Source: a virus | Lineage: Duplodnaviria; Caudoviricetes | Reading direction: 5' to 3' (one strand) | DNA: 59,840 bases | Virus record (IMG/VR): IMGVR_UViG_3300012041_000024 | Location: 1-59,840 of that record | Shown here: positions 56,221 to 59,840 of the stretch, piece after piece | Layout: every line of letters starts with the position of its first letter | Position numbering within the stretch: the first letter of the stretch is position 1 | Notes under the pieces: model-generated | Database searches by the model: none | What the model was told of the DNA's origin: nothing | What the model saw: the letters and a program-made list of their open reading frames with translations, nothing else | Position numbers and translations under genes: made by a program

Positions 56221-59200
56221 TGTCGCGCATCTTCCCCGACCAGTTCGGCCCGCCGATCACGACGCCGGGCGCTATCGACACTGACGACGTGTTCATGGGG
56301 TCAGTCGACGGTGCGATCCGGCCGGTGACACGCGACGCGATCGGCTCCGGCGGTTACGACGGCGTGGTCGACGTCGCGGACTTCGGGACGCGCACAGAAC
56401 TGCAACTCAACGCCGCCGACGCGACGACAGGTTGGGCGGCAGCGGGCATGTTCAGCGGCGGCGTCGTCGCGGTGAACACCGTCGACATGAATGAGGGCAC
56501 CGGCTGCATCTCGGCGTTGCTGTCGTACGTCGGCGGGAACAGCAGCTTGTACTACACGTTCGCGACGCCGGAGCCGTGCGACGGGCGCACGCTGTTGGCG
56601 ATCGATGTTCGTTACAACAAGTCGGGTCCGGCGTTCTCGCCGGAGCCGCCGTCGTGGGTCGAGGCACGCGTCGCTTCGGGCACGGCGTTGACCGGCGGCG
56701 TGATCAGCGGCGTCGAGTTGCCGTCGTTCTCGGAACTGAATTGGGTCACCGTTCTGATTCCGTTGACGGGACTCACGGAGATCAAATCGGTTGGCCTGTA
56801 CCGCACGTCCGCGACCGGTGTCAGTCAGACGCGGTGCACGTGGTACATCGACGACGTCCGCTTCGTCGATGAGACACCCGTCGATCAGGCCCGCGGTTCC
56901 GCGATCGAAGTCGCGACGATCGTCGGCCCGACGTACACCGACGACCCGGCGCAGCGGCCTCTTTCGCTCGATGCGCGCAAGCCTGTTCTCGACTTGAAGG
57001 ATGGGCGCTTCACCGGCCTGCACGACGAGATCCATCTGCACGACTACTTCGTCGACGAGACAGGACAGACGGACGTAGCGTCAGCGATCGGTGGGATACT
57101 CAACTCGGCGCGCAACGGGCAGAAAGTAATCGCGACGCACGGAGCGGTGTACCGCTTCGATCACGACATCACCGTGTTCGATAAGCGTGACGTCACGATC
57201 GACTTCTCCGGTGCGACGCTGTTCTTGACGTACCAGTCGAACACTGTTTTCTTCACGCTGTTCAACTGTCAGAACGTGACGTTGCGAGGCGGGACGATCT
57301 TCGGGATCAAGTCGATCAGCGAACCCGGCTCGGGGATACGTACGTTGGGCGGCACGCCGGTCACGGTTGGCACCACGAAAGCACTCGACGGACTCGGCGA
57401 CAAAGTCGGGAACCTGAACAGCAGCGACGAGTACACGTTTTGGGCGCGGGCGTTGCCGCAGCAGATCGGCATCGCGGATGACGGTCTCGGGCCGCGCAAC
57501 TATTGGCATGCGGTGATGTCGGACACGGCGCAAGTCCCGAATGATTGCATCATGCGCGTCCAAGACGACGACGGCAACATCTTGGCGTCGCAGACGGTGA
57601 CGCTCACAGCGACGCCGACTTCGTATGCGATGCAGTATTTCCCGACGTCGCTGCGGACAAGGTTGGCGATGACGATCGAGAAGGCCACCGCGACGGCGAA
57701 CACGATCACGATCACGACGTACGGCTCGCACGGCCGTACCAACTACTCCGATACATGGGACGCCGCTTCGGGCGTCATCATCAAAGCGTCAGAGAACACT
57801 CTCATCGAACATATGTGGATCGAGGGCGTCGGATCGGACGCCATCCAAGTATCCGACGGCTCGGTGCGCGGTGTGACTGTTCGGTACTGCACGTCGCGTG
57901 CGGTGCGCCGCCAAGGAATGTCGTTCAACCGCGGCCAGGACTTCAACATTCACGACATAGTCATCGCAGAGCCGGGCCGGTCCGGTATCGACTTCGAACC
58001 GTTCGCCTCGGACTGGTTCACACGGAACGTGACGTGTCGCCGCGTCAAGTTTTACAACGTCACGAACTACGGCTTCGCGATGACGCAGTGGGCACGCAAC
58101 TTCGAGTACGTCGTCGAGGACTGCGAGTTCACCGGCGTCAACTTGGGGTGCATCACAGGCGGGGCGCGGAACGCGGTCTTCCGCAATCTGCGGAACCTTT
58201 CCGACACCACACAGACCGGGCTATACGACTTTCGTTTCTCCGGCATCAACGTGCAGATCAGCGGCATCGTTTCCCACAAGGCCATCGGCCTCGGCGGTAC
58301 AAGCACCGGCATATTCGACGACGGCATCAACGGGCCGATCACGTTCTCGCAGTCGGGCAACGTCGCCGGTGACCTCCATCTACAGAACAATTTCGGCGGG
58401 ATGAAACTGCAAGTCGGCACAGGGTGGGATCTCATCGGCCCGGTCTTCACTGAGAACATAGTGCGGGCTGATTTCAGTCAGACAACGAACGCTCTCGGTC
58501 CGGTCACCGTCGTCGGACCGCGCCCGTTCTCCGGTCTGAACTTCGGTGAGTACAACCGACAGTTGCCGAACACATTCAAAGGCATCGCTCACTCGTCGGT
58601 GTGGGTTCCCGGCGGGTTCAATCATCTCGACGACCCGGTCTACAACGTCCGGTCGATATCAGGCACGACGACACGCGGGAACAACTTCGGTCAACGCGAC
58701 ATCGCTGTTGGCGCCGGATTGCAGAGCACGACCGTGGCGTTCCCGACGCGTAACGTCGGTGTGTTCTCCGCTGTCGCTGTGCTCGGAGCGGGCACCGCGA
58801 CGACAGGTACGTTGACTCCATCTACGACGTATTACTATCGACTCGCGCCGCGGGGTCGCATCAAAGGCCCGGGCACCTACATGGCGCAGATGACGCGCAC
58901 GACCGGCGTAGCAGAGACGGCGATACAGATCAACGTGAAGAATTGGATGGACCTCACGAACGATCTGATCATCGAAGGGTTCACGTTGTTGCGCGGCACC
59001 GTCAGCGGTGGGCCGTACACGACGCGGTATGACGTGATACCTGTCGACCAGTTGCCGTCCGTTCCCGGCGCCAGTCTGCTATTCCACGATCAGGGTTCGA
59101 CGCTCGCCGTCAACGTCGCCGCAGAGCCAGACACGGTTTTCGGGTATGCGTCGTCGTATGCGGCGTCGACCGGTTCGTGGACCGCCGCGCTGAACGAAAC

Positions 59201-59363
59201 CGGTTGGGAACCAGACACGAATTACGATGTGTTCCTGTCGCCGTCGTGGGTGACAGCGTGGCGGGTCACGGCGAAGACGACCGCGGGTTTCACGATGGAG
59301 TTCGGCACTCCGGCACCGGCGGGTGCGACGTGTTCGTACAAGGTCGAACGTTTGGGCGTGTGA
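56220..59363 (+). CDS. large tailspike/depolymerase-like protein (CBM-like + beta-helix + FN3-like)
   Basis: YIDDVRF; D.TG.TDV..I; RRQGMS..GIDFEP beta-helix; YYYRL. Confidence 0.75.
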   Translation: MSRIFPDQFGPPITTPGAIDTDDVFMGSVDGAIRPVTRDAIGSGGYDGVVDVADFGTRTELQLNAADATTGWAAAGMFSGGVVAVNTVDMNEGTGCISALLSYVGGNSSLYYTFATPEPCDGRTLLAIDVRYNKSGPAFSPEPPSWVEARVASGTALTGGVISGVELPSFSELNWVTVLIPLTGLTEIKSVGLYRTSATGVSQTRCTWYIDDVRFVDETPVDQARGSAIEVATIVGPTYTDDPAQRPLSLDARKPVLDLKDGRFTGLHDEIHLHDYFVDETGQTDVASAIGGILNSARNGQKVIATHGAVYRFDHDITVFDKRDVTIDFSGATLFLTYQSNTVFFTLFNCQNVTLRGGTIFGIKSISEPGSGIRTLGGTPVTVGTTKALDGLGDKVGNLNSSDEYTFWARALPQQIGIADDGLGPRNYWHAVMSDTAQVPNDCIMRVQDDDGNILASQTVTLTATPTSYAMQYFPTSLRTRLAMTIEKATATANTITITTYGSHGRTNYSDTWDAASGVIIKASENTLIEHMWIEGVGSDAIQVSDGSVRGVTVRYCTSRAVRRQGMSFNRGQDFNIHDIVIAEPGRSGIDFEPFASDWFTRNVTCRRVKFYNVTNYGFAMTQWARNFEYVVEDCEFTGVNLGCITGGARNAVFRNLRNLSDTTQTGLYDFRFSGINVQISGIVSHKAIGLGGTSTGIFDDGINGPITFSQSGNVAGDLHLQNNFGGMKLQVGTGWDLIGPVFTENIVRADFSQTTNALGPVTVVGPRPFSGLNFGEYNRQLPNTFKGIAHSSVWVPGGFNHLDDPVYNVRSISGTTTRGNNFGQRDIAVGAGLQSTTVAFPTRNVGVFSAVAVLGAGTATTGTLTPSTTYYYRLAPRGRIKGPGTYMAQMTRTTGVAETAIQINVKNWMDLTNDLIIEGFTLLRGTVSGGPYTTRYDVIPVDQLPSVPGASLLFHDQGSTLAVNVAAEPDTVFGYASSYAASTGSWTAALNETGWEPDTNYDVFLSPSWVTAWRVTAKTTAGFTMEFGTPAPAGATCSYKVERLGV

Positions 59364-59364
59364 G

Positions 59365-59840
59365 ATGGCCGTCGCGATATCGGCTGACGGTGTCCTCGCC
59401 TACGCGACAGATCCAGACCCGACCGAAGGTCAGCATGTCTACGACTTCATCAGTGGAGCGGTAGCGCTTGTCGTAGCAGCAGAGCCGTCCGGTGTGAGCG
59501 TGTCGGTCCTCACGACCGCCGCTGTGGACACACCAACGGTCGTCGGGCGTCTCCCGGTGATGCATAACTTGCAAGGCTGGTGGGACGCATCACAAGAGAC
59601 GTTCAGCAACGGCGACCCGGTCGGTACGTTCACTGATCGTTCCGGTAACAGCCGCAACCTGACGGGTACGTTGACGGCGCGGCCGACGTTCACGACGAAC
59701 GCGTTTCCGATGGGGTTGGCGGCGTTGGCGTTCGACGGCACCAACGACCAACTCAACGCGGCAGTCGCCACGTCAAACTTCGTGACCGCGTCGGCGTTCT
59801 CGGTGTTCGTCGTCGCCACGATCGACGCTGTCGGCACGAA
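59365..59840 (+). CDS. N-terminal part of the LamG-like fibre protein continuing at base 1
   Basis: ATG 59365, no stop to the window end; LQGWWDAS..DRSGNSR..RPT..FDGTNDQL. Confidence 0.8.
   Translation, partial: MAVAISADGVLAYATDPDPTEGQHVYDFISGAVALVVAAEPSGVSVSVLTTAAVDTPTVVGRLPVMHNLQGWWDASQETFSNGDPVGTFTDRSGNSRNLTGTLTARPTFTTNAFPMGLAALAFDGTNDQLNAAVATSNFVTASAFSVFVVATIDAVGT

Noticed and set aside
51733-59840. Diversity-generating retroelement acting on fibre genes
   Set aside because: No reverse transcriptase and no TR/VR pair with adenine-specific differences seen

Overview
The window appears to be a complete, circularly permuted ~59.8 kb genome of a high-GC tailed phage (siphovirus-like) of Actinomycetota, possibly Acidimicrobiia. 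The ORF starting at 59365 runs off the right end and continues in frame into base 1. Almost all genes are on the + strand. Gene order: terminase small/large (32.7-35.0 kb); small genes with an amidase endolysin, membrane proteins and a minus-strand transglycosylase; portal-MuF fusion, protease, hexamer- and pentamer-type capsid proteins, major tail protein; a ~13 kb array of fibre, lectin, beta-helix and glycoside-hydrolase genes crossing the window ends; head-tail adaptor; three glycosyltransferases plus an FkbM methyltransferase; LysM-transglycosylase; tail genes; then a replication/recombination block (MerR-like regulator, Rad52-like annealase, HTH initiator with iterons, HNH, RusA), a ParB-like + TAGT-like glycosyltransferase pair, and an early region. 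I saw no integrase, DNA polymerase, tRNA or CRISPR array. The most unusual signals are non-coding: a ~420-nt densely base-paired RNA candidate behind a sigma-A-like promoter (26.6-27.0 kb); a three-way-junction RNA motif repeated three times with compensatory changes, each copy in a gene leader; and a TGATAC-N4-GTATCA operator family, one copy of which marks a probable nested gene in the 3' end of the portal ORF. All family assignments come from motif recognition by eye; no database searches were run.
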